DNA of 64,000 bases from Octopus vulgaris (GCA_951406725.2 OX597815.1:3782001-3846000), one strand, 5' to 3'. Positions 13,160 to 27,452 are shown, counted from the stretch's first letter. Made by a program: numbers and translations. Notes: generated by a model from the sequence alone, not told the origin.

Positions 13160-13404
13160 CATATACTAAATGTTCTACTATATTAGATTGTAAATCGAAA
13201 GATGCGTCCTTCAATGTCACTATATATATATACATGCTTACACATGAAATATTAGAGAAAAATCCACCTTCTATCGAATCAAAATGAACAATCAAGTTAC
13301 ACCATCTTGAAAATTGTATATCATAGGAAGGTTAAAATTAGAATGACAATTGGCAAGTAAAGATCAAGTAAATTGCAAAAACAATATAATGTATATAACA
13401 GGTA

Positions 13405-13410
<6 letters not shown>
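12890..13410. repeat. Local tandem duplication, period ~340 bp
   Basis: CAAAATGAACAA…TTACACCATCTTGAAAATTGTATATCATAGGAA at ~12940 and ~13280. Confidence 0.85.
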
Positions 13411-13445
<35 letters not shown>

Positions 13446-13592
13446 TATACATATATATACACACATATATACATATATACATATACATATATGTATATAT
13501 ATATATATACATCTATAAATATATACATCTATAAATATATACATATATACTTCCAGGCATATATACATATATACATATACATACATACATAC

Positions 13593-13624
<32 letters not shown>

Positions 13625-13682
13625 ATAAAACCGTAAGTTTATATATACAACCGTAAATATATATATTATATACATATATATG

Positions 13683-13715
<33 letters not shown>

Positions 13716-13740
13716 ATGTATATATACATATATATATATA

Positions 13741-13815
<75 letters not shown>

Positions 13816-13832
13816 TATACACACACACACAC

Positions 13833-13871
<39 letters not shown>

Positions 13872-14714
13872 TCTGAGGATCGTGTTAGCTTTTAGAAGAT
13901 GTTTACGTATTCCCATTGTTCCCCTTACACATTGAGTTTTCATAACCTATTCGTCTCTTTCATTACCTCAAACACCCACTTTCTTCAGATTGCTCCTTAT
14001 CTTGTATTGGGTCTCTACCCCTCTCTACCCGCATATCTCTCTATGTACCTATCTATCTGTTGTTCTTCCTGTGTACCTATCTAGCTATCTGATAACAGAG
14101 TGTGTAAAAGTATTCAGGTAAATCTATGTATATGTATGTGTAAGTCTATGCATTAGCATATGTTGGCATGCATTCGGGAGTGAGAGTAAAGGAGTGGCTG
14201 GAGAGGTGAAGACAATCACGGGTGGGGTCGGCGATGTCTGGGTCTCACCGATGACGTCAACCAACACGTTAGCGTCACTGATAAATATTTTGAATGAAGG
14301 CAGGGAGGAAGGAAGGAAGGAAGGAAGGAAGGAAGAAAGAAAGAAAGAAAGGAATGAAGGAAAGAAATGAAGGAAGGGAGGAAAGAATGAGGAGGAAGAA
14401 AAAGAAGAAGAAGAAGAAGAAGAAGAAGAAGGAGGAGGAGGATGAGAAGAAGAAGAAGAAGAAGAAGGAGGAGGAGGAGGAGGAGGAGGAGAAGAAGAAG
14501 AAGAAGAAGAAGAAGAAGAAGAAGAAGAAGAAGAAGAAGAAGAAGAAGAAGAAGAAAGGTGAGCAGCGAAAATAAAGGTGATTAATTTATGGAAACATTT
14601 TATCGTAGAGATCAGTTTCGTTTTTAATTATTAGGTCTTTGAAGAGAACGATGGTGGTGGTGGTGGGGTGGGGGGAAGGTGGCGGTGGTGCTGGTGTTTA
14701 GCAGGGATAGAGAC

Positions 14715-14910
14715 AAAGTAGAGAGTAGAGAGCCACACTTGTTTACGCGCCCGTAACTTAGCAGTTCGGCAAAAACAATCGATAGAATAAATATCAGGTT
14801 TTCAAAAAAAAAAAAACATAATAAGTTCTGAGGTCGAGTCATTCAACTAAAGAGTTCTCAAGGTGGTGCCCCAGCATGGCCGCAATCTAATGATTGGAAC
14901 AAGCAAAAGA
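14715..14910 (+). mobile_element. SINE family B, 3' half
   Basis: CCCGTAACTTAGCAGTTCGGCAAAA…CCCCAGCATGGCCGCA. Confidence 0.8.
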
Positions 14911-15026
14911 CTCAGTATCCGTGGAAAGTATATCGTTTATGGAAGGCATTAAAAGTCCAATTCGCCCCCGACTGGTTCCATTCCCGTTATTCGGGTTCCT
15001 CGGAAGATTCTTCTCTGAACACACCC

Positions 15027-15142
<116 letters not shown>

Positions 15143-15774
15143 ATATATATATATATCATTACAGATATAGGGTGAAATATAATTAATTTAATAAAATCAA
15201 CAAATTTCACCTAGTAGTATTTCGGTATGGAAAAAGACCATATTCGGTGAAAAACTTATATAATTATAATAATAAGGGTTTTTGCAACAAGTTGCTTGAC
15301 CACATACCGAAAATTTTAGAAATAGCAGCCAAAGGGCTATTATATAGTAGTAAGTTTGCCTTTTTATTGTCTTCAAAAGTTTGTGTTTGGATAATATTTT
15401 TTATGTAAAAGTTGTGCAACAACTAATAAATACAAAATACATTCGGTTGTGCCAATTCTTTGCACGGGAAACCTGCCTTTGTGTGGCGTGTTTCCCCATT
15501 TTCTAAATTCGTCTTCGGCTTTCCTCGCCATTCTCTGCTTTGAGCATTGCGACTTCAAAGCCATGAAGTCGTTCTTCGAGAAGAACGGTGGTCTCCTTGG
15601 CAACGCTTACGACGTGTGTTTTCGCTACCCTGCCTTCCCCATTGCTTCATGAGGGAGGGAAAGAAGGGGAGGAGCAGCACAGGTGCAGGTGCGAGCATGG
15701 ACGCCGACACACGAAGAATTGGAAGAACCCAGACGACAGCTTCACAGTCAACCACTTCTACGGACAACTCTACC

Positions 15775-16385
15775 ACGACCACCACCACCATCACCACCAC
15801 CACCACCACCATCACCATCACCACCACCATCACCACCACCATCGCCGCCACCATCACCACCACCATCGCCGCCACCACCATCACCACCACCATCACCACC
15901 ACCATCGCCGCCACCACCACAACCACCACCACCATCACCACCGCCACCATCACCATCACCACCACCACCATCACCACCACCACCATCACCACCACCACCA
16001 CCACCATCACCACCACCAACACCACCACCACCACCACCACCACCACCACCACCACCACCACCACCACCATCACCACCACCATCATCACCACCACCATCAT
16101 CACCACCACCACCACCATCACCACCACCACCACCATCATCACCACCACCACCACCACCACCACCACCACCAACTCCACCACCACCACCATCATCACCACC
16201 ACCACCACCACCACCACCACCACCATCACCAACTCCACCACCACCACCATCATCACCACCACCACTACCATCATCACCACCACCACCACCACCACCACCA
16301 CCACCATCACCACTGCTACCACCACCACCACCACCATCACCACCACCACCACCACCACCACCACCACCATAACCAACACCACCAA
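15775..16385. repeat. ~600-bp imperfect (CAC)n/(CAT) array
   Basis: Seen directly; source of the poly-T/H/P/G/V ORFs. Confidence 0.95.
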
Positions 16386-16969
16386 TTTTCCGTGTGTCGG
16401 CGTCCAGGCTCACACCTGCACCTGTGAAGCGTTGTCATGGAGACCACCGTTCTTCTCCCAAAATTCTAAACTTCGTATTTTTGTAGAATCTGTCAAAATA
16501 AAACATTTTTTTCTCTTGACTTTATTCAGAAAATTCTAGAGTTTCTAAGATATTTGCTGTTTTTTCTTCCGCAATTTCAACCAATCAATGACGTCTATTG
16601 TGCAACAACTAATAAATGCATTCGGTTGTGCAAATCCTTTGCACGGGAAACCTGCCTTTGTGTGGCGTGTTTCCCCATTTTGTAAATTCCTCTTCGGCTT
16701 TCCTCGCCATTCTCTGCTTTGAGCATGGCGACTTCAAAGCCATGAAGTCGTTCTTCGAGAAGAACGCTGGTCTCCTTGGCAACGCTTACGACGTGTGTTT
16801 TCCCTACCTTCCCCTTCCCCACTGCTTCACGAGGGAGGGAAAGAAGGGGAGGAGAAACACAGGTGCAGGTGCGAACATGGACGCCGACATACGAAGAATT
16901 GGAAGAACTCAGACGACTGCTTCACAGTCAACCACTACTACGGACAACTCTGCCACGACCACCACCAAC

Positions 16970-17413
16970 TATGGCGAAAGAATGTATCTGGTGGAGGCGC
17001 CTGAAAGGATTAGAGACAAATACTTTCCTCTCTGGTCAATCTCTCTTGAGCATAATCCTATGAACCCAGAAAAATTTAAAACAGAGGGTTACCTACTTGC
17101 AAATAAATGTGACATCATTGACCGAGGTTACCGTGGTCTTTTCCGTAGGCTTTTCTTCCCACGGATAAACCTTATCTGCTTCCCCCTTTACACCTTACAT
17201 AATGACACTGTGATACACGATCCCTTTTGATCGTTTTCTTTTTTCTTTTTTCTTTCTTTTGTTTCTTTTCCTTTTTTTTTCTTCTTTCCCTTTTACGATC
17301 CCTTTTGATCGAAAACCTACCCCACCTTTTTATTTTTTTCCCCCAAAAAAGAAAAGGTCTACTTTGTAATCTGTCCCGTCTGTGTGCAGCCCTGTGCGGC
17401 TAATAAAGAAACA

Positions 17414-17415
<2 letters not shown>
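16970..17415 (+). mobile_element. L1/Tx1-like LINE 3' end with internal deletion
   Basis: AKECIWWRRLKG motif, pyrimidine-rich 3' UTR, AATAAA at ~17402, then (TC)n/(TATC)n. Confidence 0.6.
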
Positions 17416-17480
<65 letters not shown>

Positions 17481-17512
17481 CTATCTATCTATCTATCTAT
17501 CTATCTATCAAT

Positions 17513-17587
<75 letters not shown>

Positions 17588-18052
17588 ACTTATGGACGGA
17601 ATATATTCACATCGGCTCGTAGTAAGTTTGCCTTTTTATTGTCTTCAAAAGTTTGTGTTTGGATAATATTTTTTATGTAAAAGTTGTGCAACAACTAATA
17701 AATACATTCGGTTGTGCAAATTCTTTCCACGGGAAACCTGCCTTTGTGTGGCGTGTTTCCCCATTTTCTAAATTCGTCTTTGGCTTTCCTAGCCATTCTC
17801 TGCTTTGAGCATGGCGACTTCAAAGCCATGAAGTCGTTCTTCGAGAAGAACGGTGGTCTCCTTGGCAACGCTTACGACGTTGATTTCCCTACCCTGCCTT
17901 CCCCACAGCTTCATGAGGGAGGGAAAGAAGGGGAGGAGCAAGACAGGTGCAGGTGCGAGCACGGACGCCGACACACGAAGAATTGGAAGTACCCAGATGA
18001 CAGCTTCACAGTCAACCACTACTACGGACAACTCTGCCACGACCACCACCAA

Positions 18053-18415
18053 CTATGGCGAAAGAATGTATCTGGTGGACGCGCCTGAAAGGATTAGAGA
18101 CAAACACTTTCCTCTCTGGTCAATCTCTCATCAACTTCTTCAAGTATCACTTGAAAAGGAAAGTGAGAGTAAAGAGGCAAGTTTTGTCTAGCGAATGTTT
18201 TAAAAAAAAGATGGGTGAATGTAGCAAGGATGGCACGTATGAATGACGAAGCCACCTTGAGCATGATCCTATGAACGAAAAAAAGAAAGGAAAAAGAGAG
18301 ACATTTACTGTAATGTGCTTTTTGTATGACATTCTTGCCCAAGGTTACCGTGGTGTTTCCGTAGGCTTTTCTATTCACGGATAAACCTAATCTGTTTTCC
18401 CTTTTTACATTGACA
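18053..18415 (+). mobile_element. L1/Tx1-like ORF2 C-terminal remnant
   Basis: MAKECIWWTRLKGLETNTFLSGQSLINFFKYHLKRKVRV…FKK(fs)W resembles the IW..R / F...W tail of Tx1-clade ORF2. Confidence 0.6.
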
Positions 18416-18436
18416 TTTCTGTGAATTTGGTTGGGT

Positions 18437-19033
<597 letters not shown>

Positions 19034-19037
19034 TATA

Positions 19038-19421
19038 TATATAAAGCTGAAGTTGTCTGTGTATGGCAGGTTTGGCAGCCTTCAACAAACACTATCTCCT
19101 CCGAGACCCTGTGGCACAAGTTGACCAAAATTGAGAGTATGATAGAAGAAGGCTTGCTCTTCCTTCCGTAGAAGAAAAAATTCAAATCGGACCATGTTAA
19201 CACCAAAAATTATTTACATCAAAAAGGTGCTTCTTTTTCTATGAAAATCCCTATCTCTTACGATTTTTTGACAGCTGTATCGCCATTTTTCGGTGTATTT
19301 CAACCAGAAAAATGTTCACTTAAAGAGAATAACAAGCTACATAATGCAAAATTTTTACTTTTCAAAAATTCCAATTCTAAAGGGTCGAAACAAACCCGAG
19401 CAACGCCGGGCGATACTGCTA

Positions 19422-19422
<1 letters not shown>
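19038..19422 (+). mobile_element. Non-autonomous Helitron family H2, same 3' end as H1
   Basis: CCCGAGCAACGCCGGG hairpin plus CGATACTGCTAG|T. Second copy at 30209-30596 (-). Confidence 0.8.
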
Positions 19423-19467
<45 letters not shown>

Positions 19468-19642
19468 GTTTAAATATTTGTTGTGCAAGATTTTTTATGT
19501 GAAGTCGTGTGTTGAAACAGATATTGTTATATTTCGGAATGGTCATATTGCCAGTTTAGCCAATAAAAACACACGCACTATATATTTGGTGTTATTTTGC
19601 TTCAGTGATATTTATTTTTTACATTAATCTTAATCTTATTTC

Positions 19643-19686
19643 GGCCAAAGTTCTTTCGTCACACTCCTGTGACCGCATCAGTGGTC
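19643..19686 (-). ncRNA. Hammerhead ribozyme in the PLE 3' pseudo-LTR (A9C variant core)
   Basis: GACCA-CUGAUGC-G-GUCAC-AGGAGU-GUGAC-GAAA-GAAC-UU-UGGCC. Confidence 0.7.
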
Positions 19687-20169
19687 CTTTGTTTTCTTCT
19701 CACTTACTTGTGTCTCTCCTTACTAACCGTCAGCCATTTTGTATTTCTATTGTATGTCTTCATTTGCGCATGCTTATATCTCTATGTGCGTCTATGTTTA
19801 TTTAGTGTGTGTGGGGGGGATGCCTGTAATATTTGTATCTTCTGGTTATATACATTCTTGTAATTTGTATTTTGTTTTTGTTGTTGTTGCTTTTGTTCTA
19901 ATTTTGTTCATGTGTTTACATCCACCCATTATTATCATTACATATGCTTGTATGTATGTATAACAACAATATTAGTAATAATAATAATAAATCTAATCGA
20001 AAAAAAAAAAAAAAAAAAAAGAATATACATATACATATATATATATACATACATATACATATACATATACATATATATGCATATATACACACATATATAC
20101 ACATATAGATATTCATTTCTATTTCTTTAATTACCTGTGTATTTATTATGTTTGCAGGATCCACTATTG

Positions 20170-20958
20170 TCATATGTTGTGGTGTGCGCTATTGCTCCAT
20201 TCTAGTTTTCTATTCAGGCTAGGTTTATTTTCTATTATATGTGTAGCTTCTGTAATTTGTCTAATTGTTGCATCTGTTCTATGTGTGGACAATATCTTAA
20301 TCTCTATGTTATTGATTGATCCCCCGTGTTCTTGTTCGGCGTGTTGGTACAGAATCGATGAGCTTTTACCTTCCTTGAGTTGTCTCCAATGTTCATTCAC
20401 CCGCTCACCAATGCTTCTTGCAGTTTCCCCTACGTATGTTACTGTCTTGTTACTGCATCTTATACTATAGACCACATTTCTGGCTTTACAGTTCGTTTGT
20501 GGGCTAAATCTACATACAGTGCAATAGTTATCCGTACAGAGAGTTCTACTAAAAGGATAGCTTCTACCAATTATAGATCTGATAGGGTTGCCTGGCTTTT
20601 CAACAACCTTAATTCTTAGTTTAAGTTTATCTAGGGTCCTTCTAAAGCGGTACGCTAGTTCACCTCCAGGGGTGGTGTCAACGAACATGACACTCTGGTA
20701 TTTATGGCTATCATACCAAGAGTTGGCCTTCCCTATTTTCTTTTTTGTCCTTTCTATAGTGTTCCATGACTTGTTCCTATAGAGTGGGCAAATCCCATTC
20801 CTATCATTACATAATATATTATCAAATTTCTTCATGGCTCCTTTGTATACTCTGATCCTTTCTTTATGGCTGTAACCTGAGAACTGCATGCGGTGAATGA
20901 AATACTGTATGTGTCTCTTTAATTCTGTAGGCTCGCACATGCGTGACACATTTCTCAT
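20170..20958 (-). pseudogene. Penelope-like element ORF C-terminus: RT thumb/linker, Cys-rich finger and GIY-YIG endonuclease (5'-truncated)
   Basis: MQFSGY, PLYR, FVDTTPGG, C-x4-C-x2-C-x7-C, NVVYSIRC…YVGETAR…RVNEH, LYQH…EH, RQITEA…PSLNRKLEW. Confidence 0.9.
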
Positions 20959-21053
20959 TATATAGTGCGTGTGTTTTTATTGGCTAAACTATATACCATT
21001 CCGAAATATAACAATATATATATATATATATGATGTATACATGTATGTATGTA

Positions 21054-21112
<59 letters not shown>

Positions 21113-21115
<3 letters not shown>

Positions 21116-22299
21116 AATAGTTGAATTAATTATCCTAGTATGGATAATTCGGTTAACCGATACCCGGGTAGCAAATACACGTCAGAAAAACACGGTTGAA
21201 GCTACATGCCAAGTTCTTGTCCAGCAATTCCAAAATCAGAAATTCCATTTACCAGTGTAAAATTTCTTCCGGTACCGGTGTCTTCTTCTACATTGGGGCG
21301 ACTACTTCTAAATTAGCCCAGAGGATTTCCAATCATTATTCAACTTTCTGAGATAAGAAAAAACAACAAAGCACGGGACTAAGTATATTAGTTTGGCGTC
21401 TTAAGGACAGCAATATAACTTTCAAGCTGGAATGGTCCATTTTGTCTGTATCCTTTCCGTTTGATAAGGGCAGAAAATTTTGTGGCGTCTGTAATTCCGA
21501 ACTTTTCCATATACTTTTCGCCAAATTCCCTTTGGTAAATACAATGGTTGAAAAATCCTATAGGTGCATGCACTGGCAGAAACACACCTTCCACCCATAT
21601 GAATGATGATTAATATAGATAACCTCCTTGAATTTAATAATTTGGTTCCACTTATACAACACCACCATAGACAAATTTTTATACTCATGAAGGACTACTA
21701 CCAAATTCGTTGGGGTGTTTTACCTTTGTCTCTCTACCTCTCCCTCCTCTCTGTCTCTCTCCCTCTCTCTATCGTAAGCACAATCAAACACAGTCAGAAA
21801 CCTGTCACTTCACCACTAGTTGTTTTTGGCATCTACCCAACCACACACACAATCACGCACATACATACACACACATAGATACGAATGCAGTTATATACAT
21901 ACACACACATAGGCACTCAATCTCATTAGCAAAAGCAAACAACAACACATCACCATTCATATGACTTGCACCCTGTCACCTTCCTATTCTTAGCTCTCTC
22001 CCCTTCCAACCTTGTTTGAACTCTTGAACTTTCTAGAATCTTCTACATTCAACCATTTTTGACATCACTACTTATAACGGAATATTTTAAAGAGACACTC
22101 ATTATCGCTATGGACTCCGTGTGGGCAGTCATCTAAAAGTTTTTGTTCATCATGTTGCTGACATAAGTTCCTTGTCTTTCCTGATGAGAAGGCGGCATAA
22201 TGCACCCCTTATTCCTTCGAAATTAGGAATATGCAGTCTTCGAAACATATGTCGAGAATAAAGGAATTTTGTTAAATCGTCGTTCAACTCCATTCTTTC

Positions 22300-22307
<8 letters not shown>
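21113..22307. mobile_element. Second PLE-derived element between (TA)n tracts (family P6)
   Basis: 21113-21205 is the reverse complement of 62630-62727; 22180-22307 matches 62448-62580; contains an HHR. Confidence 0.75.
22177..22257 (+). ncRNA. Type I hammerhead ribozyme with long stem II
   Basis: UUUC-CUGAUGA-GAAGGCGGCAUA…UAUGCAGUCUUC-GAAA-CAUAUG-UC-GAGA; palindromic stem III, GUC triplet. Confidence 0.9.
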
Positions 22308-22331
<24 letters not shown>

Positions 22332-22332
22332 T

Positions 22333-22945
22333 AACTTAGATAAACTTATATATGTTTCGACCAAAGATTGGTCCAGGCTATGTCTAACTTAATAGCACCA
22401 CCTGATAGGATTATCTAAATCCTGTTTAAGTCAAGTTTTGTTTATGGTCCATTCAAGTAGTGAGTTTTTGTTGGGTGAGTTGTATCCAATTATGGGTGGC
22501 TTATCTGGTATTCCTTGAAGGAATCTATCCAGACTCCTTTTCCTCTTTGATCTCTTTCGGGACAATGTTAAATAGGGCAGGGCCTGTTGAGGAAAAGAAA
22601 TTATGTTGCAGTGTACATGTATGCTGTGATCTTGAATTGGGCAGAGGACGTATGGCCCGTGGTCCCAGTCTTGGATGAACCTTGAAGCTAATGTTCAGGT
22701 CGTTTGGGCAAAGTTGGCGGTATATTCTCCACATCGTACAAATGATGTACCGCTCACGGCGACGCTGGAGAGAGTAGAGTTTCAAGGCTTTAAGGCGGTC
22801 CCAATAATCGAGAGCAGCCATGCCTTCAATTCGTTTAGTGAGTACCCTCTGGGGTGATTCAATCCTGGAGATGTTTTGTCTTGTGTGAGGAGACCACAGT
22901 GGGCAGCAGAATTCGAGGTGTGGCCGTACAAAGGAGGAGAAAATA
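22333..22945 (-). mobile_element. CR1-clade LINE 3' fragment
   Basis: FSSFVRPHLEFCCPLWSPH…LDYWDRLKALKLYSLQRRRERY; short tandem tail TTATCTAAG. Confidence 0.9.
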
Positions 22946-24820
22946 TGTATAAATATATATATATATATATATATATACATACACACAAACATATTTTCTT
23001 GTAATGAGTTCGATTTCTCGTGGGTGTTCTACCAAATCTACACGCACACACACACATGCACACACACAATGCGTTCTTTATACAACTAGATCTGATTGGT
23101 CAATGATCGATATTTCTCAAACCACAGATACCTACGAGCACCTTGGAAACCATTAAAAACCATCGCACTTCCGTTTGCTGTCACTGACTTTCAGCCTCTA
23201 TTCATCTTGTTGCTGTTGCTGTTGTTGTTGTTGTTGTTCTTCTTCTTCTTCTACATTCTTCTCCTTCTTCTTTTCCTTCTTCTTCTCCTCCTCGTCCTCC
23301 TTCTTATTCTTCTTTTCCTTCTTCTACTTCTTCCATTTCTTCCTTTTCTTTTTCTTATTGTTCTTCATTGTTCGTCTTCTCCTTCATCTTCTTATTCTCC
23401 TCCTCCTACTTCTCCTCCTTCTCCTCCTCCTCCTTCTTCTTCTTCTTTTTCATTCTTCTCCTTCCATTTCTTCCTTTTCTTTTTTCTTATTGTCTTCATT
23501 CTTCTTCATTCTTCTTCCTCTCCTTCTTCTTCTTCGTTTTCTTCCACTTCCTTCTTTTCTTTTTCTTATTGTTCTTCTTCTTTCACTTCGGCTGCCTTTG
23601 CTGCTGCTGCTGCTGTTTGCTGCTCGTTCCCACACCCTCCCGCCCACCGCCACGCGCGACCACACTCAGCAGGTCATCTAATTAACACTGGTAGATTAAT
23701 TAATCGACGACATTCGATTGAAGTGACAAACGACATCGAGACGACTCCAGCAGACCGTTGCATTAACGGTCGGTTCGGAACGTGAGGATTGACATGGACG
23801 GAGAAAGGGGGTGGTGGGAGGAAGGGAGAGAGAGAGAGAGAGAGAGAGATAAAGAAGGGGTGATGGAAGGAGTGGGTGAATTAGAGGAAATGAGACTGAC
23901 AGAGGAAGGCACGAAGTAGCAGACATAAACAGCAACGTTGAGAGAGGGGAGGAGGAGAGACAAAACTATGTATATGTATATAAAGAGAGAGAAAGAGAGA
24001 CAGACAGACAGACTTATATTGATGATTTCTGTAATGTGAATTCTCCGAACGTGGACCCTTCCTTGCCAATACTGAGAGAGAGAGAGTGTGTGTGTGGAGA
24101 GAGAGAGAGTGTGTGTGTGGAGAGAGAGAGAGAGTGTGTGTGTGGAGAGAGAGAGAGAGTGTGTGTGTGAGAGAGAGAGAGTGTGTGTGGAGAGAGAGTG
24201 TGTGTGTGTGGAGAGAGAGAGTGTGTGTGTGTGGAGAGAGAGAGAGTAGTAAGAGAGAGTGGAGAGAGAGAGATTAGTGAGAGAGTGTGGAGAGTGAGAG
24301 AGAGAGAGTAGAGAGAGAGGGAGAGTAGAGAGAGAGAGGGAGAGTAGAGAAAGAGGGAGAGTAGAGAGAGAGGGAGAGTAGAGAGAGAGGGAGAGTAGAG
24401 AGAGAGAGGGAGAGTAGAGAGAGAGAGAGGAAGATTGGTAGTGAGAGGCTACAGAAAGAATGAGAAAGTGTATGGGAGGGAAAGAGTCTAGTAAGAGGGA
24501 GAGTAAGAGGAGAGGAGAAGAGAAAAGGAAAATGAAAGGGGCCGAAATGAAAGAAGTTTGAGAAGATATTGAAAGTGGTAGATTAATGGTGTGTGTGGTG
24601 GTGGTGATGGTGGTGGTGTGTGTGTGTGTGTGTGTGTGTGCGTGTGTGTGCGTGTGTGTGTGTGTGTGTGTAAAAAGAGGATAGAGAGAGGGGAGAATGC
24701 ATGTATTTTTGCATTCATATGTGTGTATATGTAATGCATGTATTCGCATGAAACTAGGAAAAGCACACAAACACACATACACACACACACACACACAAAC
24801 ACGTATATATAATAAATATG

Positions 24821-24882
<62 letters not shown>

Positions 24883-24886
<4 letters not shown>

Positions 24887-25058
24887 GATTACATCGACCC
24901 CCAATGCGTTACTGGTCGACAATGCGTAATTTAATCGACGCCGAAAGGATGAAAGGCAAAGTCGACCTCGGCGGAATTTGAACTCAGAACGTAGCGGCAG
25001 ACGAAATACCGCTAAGCATTTCGTCCAGCGTGCTAAAGATTCTGCCAGCTCGCCGCCC
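24883..25058 (-). mobile_element. SINE family A
   Basis: Family head and central domain. Confidence 0.9.
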
Positions 25059-25074
25059 TATGGAGAGGAGCAGG

Positions 25075-25557
<483 letters not shown>

Positions 25558-25621
25558 GTATCTATAATATATATATACGTATGTATGTATGTATATATGT
25601 ATGTATGTATATGTATGTATG

Positions 25622-25688
<67 letters not shown>

Positions 25689-25700
25689 ACACACAAACAC

Positions 25701-25776
<76 letters not shown>

Positions 25777-26231
25777 TAACGCGGAGAGAGAGACTGTTTT
25801 TCAGTGAAACAAGCAGAGAGAGAGAGAGAGAAAGGGTGAGAGAGAGAGAGAAAGAAACTGGCAGAAACAGAGCGACAGAAAGACAGGCAATGAGTTTGAA
25901 AGGATTTTAGAGTAAAAGTCAATTTAGTCATTTTAATGAAATTAAGCAATTTCACGTAACGAAAGAAGACACAATGAGACGATAATGAAAGAAAATTAAT
26001 TGGTTAACTAAAGAAAGAAAGAGAAAAGAAAGAGAGAGAGAGAGAGAGAGAAGGCGATTTGAGCTGTGAGATATGAGCATCTCAGCTGTGATATGCAAAA
26101 TAAGAGAAATGAAAAAAAATGGAAAAGTTTTATTTCGTCAGTCACCTCGCCATGGTTTTGTGTGATCAAAGGAAAATCGTGGTTGAAGGAAATTGGTGTT
26201 GCTTATATAATAATGGTGTCTGAGAGATGCA

Positions 26232-26332
26232 GTGGAACTGGAGGGAGGCGGTGGAACTGGAGGAAGGCGGTGAAACTGGAGGAAGGCGGGGGAACTGGAG
26301 GAAGGCGGTGAAACTGGAGGAAGGCGGTGGAG
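26232..26332 (+). repeat. 19-bp G-rich minisatellite, ~5 copies
   Basis: GTGGAACTGGAGGAAGGCG repeated. Confidence 0.9.
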
Positions 26333-26793
26333 GAATTAGCTCAATGGGGGAAAGGACAAAGAAATGATGAGGTTGTTGTTGGTGGTGAAGCCAAGGGTTT
26401 TACTTAAAAAACTCGCTTTACTACAACGTGGTTTCTGGTTCAATCCCATTGTACAGCGGAACACATTGGACACGACTTCAACGCAGATAGTGTGAGAACT
26501 CTGTGCTGATATGCCCGGACAATGCATACGAATAAATAAATTCAAATGCGAAATGGAAGTAGCGCATTGCCCACACGTGATGTGCCTATAAATCGGGGAC
26601 TGGCGATGTGATTCATCTCCGATCCTGTCCGGGTACGTGATGTTGATAAGCCATAAAAATGACGAAACATCGATGCCCATCACTCCTGGATGTGATCTGG
26701 GGTGAATTATGCCACCTGTCTATGCCTTTCAGGTGATTTAACATACGGCACTTTGGGAGAGAGTATTCCCCACCACGCCAAATCGCAATCTAC

Positions 26794-26850
<57 letters not shown>

Positions 26851-27029
26851 AATACTCTATAATTATAAACATAATTATAATCAGGAGTCAGCTAATTGCT
26901 TCGCCATGCACCGAATTTAGAAATTGGAGTTAAAATGCCTTTTCTACTACCATAAAGATCTCCCAGACAATAACACACTTTTTTACGTCGTCAAAAAGAA
27001 AAAATAACGAATCCACATACTCAGATTAG

Positions 27030-27095
27030 CTACATACGCGTTTCGAGATGAAAGTAATGTTATATTTACTTACTTATTTCTCATCTTCAGTGCAA
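27030..27095 (-). ncRNA. Type I hammerhead ribozyme
   Basis: UUGCA-CUGAAGA-U-GAGA…UCUC-GAAA-CGCG-UA-UGUAG; palindromic stem III ACGCGU. Lies in a TA-flanked module ~26850-27362. Confidence 0.85.
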
Positions 27096-27385
27096 CATTT
27101 CGAAATATAAACTTGAGAGTGTTAGGATTAAATATGTACGCGATCAAGCGCCATCGCATAACCGATATTAAACCAACACTTCCAAAAATATACACCCGAA
27201 TGTGAACACATATTTATCCTCAATACCCACGTGTGTGTTACGCGCAGAAATTGCAGTTTTTCAAAAGGGGGTAAATTATATTTCAATGATAATAAAAAGG
27301 TAAAATTAATTAATTAATCAATCAATCTATCAATTAATTAATTTTACCCTTTATTTTAGTATTGATATATATATATGTATATATA

Positions 27386-27442
<57 letters not shown>

Positions 27443-27452
27443 GAGTGTGTGC

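Larger units (their letters stand above)
15345..18415 (+). repeat. Triplicated ~430-bp unit (15345-15780, 16597-16969, 17619-18052) with fused LINE tails
   Basis: Three highly similar copies of CACGGGAAACCTGCCTTTGTGTGGCG…CAGTCAACCACT…; inverted fragment at 16386-16456. Confidence 0.9.
19485..21016 (-). mobile_element. 5'-truncated Penelope-like element with 3' pseudo-LTR and inverted partial pLTR
   Basis: GIY-YIG ORF 20958-20170 with an HHR downstream on the same strand. 20960-21016 is an inverted copy of 19520-19582. (TA)n on both flanks. Confidence 0.85.

Noticed and set aside
14910-15025. Possible minus-strand exon (…TTCAG acceptor, [12 protein letters not shown]…)
   Set aside because: No convincing donor, no recognisable protein similarity and no partner exons.
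15547-16539. Mucin-like poly-Thr, poly-His and extensin-like poly-Pro ORFs
   Set aside because: All frames on both strands are open because of a (CAC)n array; sibling copies of the unit lack the array.
16616-17230. 204-aa ORF as a host gene
   Set aside because: It crosses a repeat/LINE junction, and the other two copies are frameshifted.
19727-19765. SECIS-like AUGA…AAA…UGAC on the minus strand in the PLE 3' region
   Set aside because: Helix II pairs for only ~5 bp and the remaining ORF has no in-frame TGA; unsupported without SECISearch.
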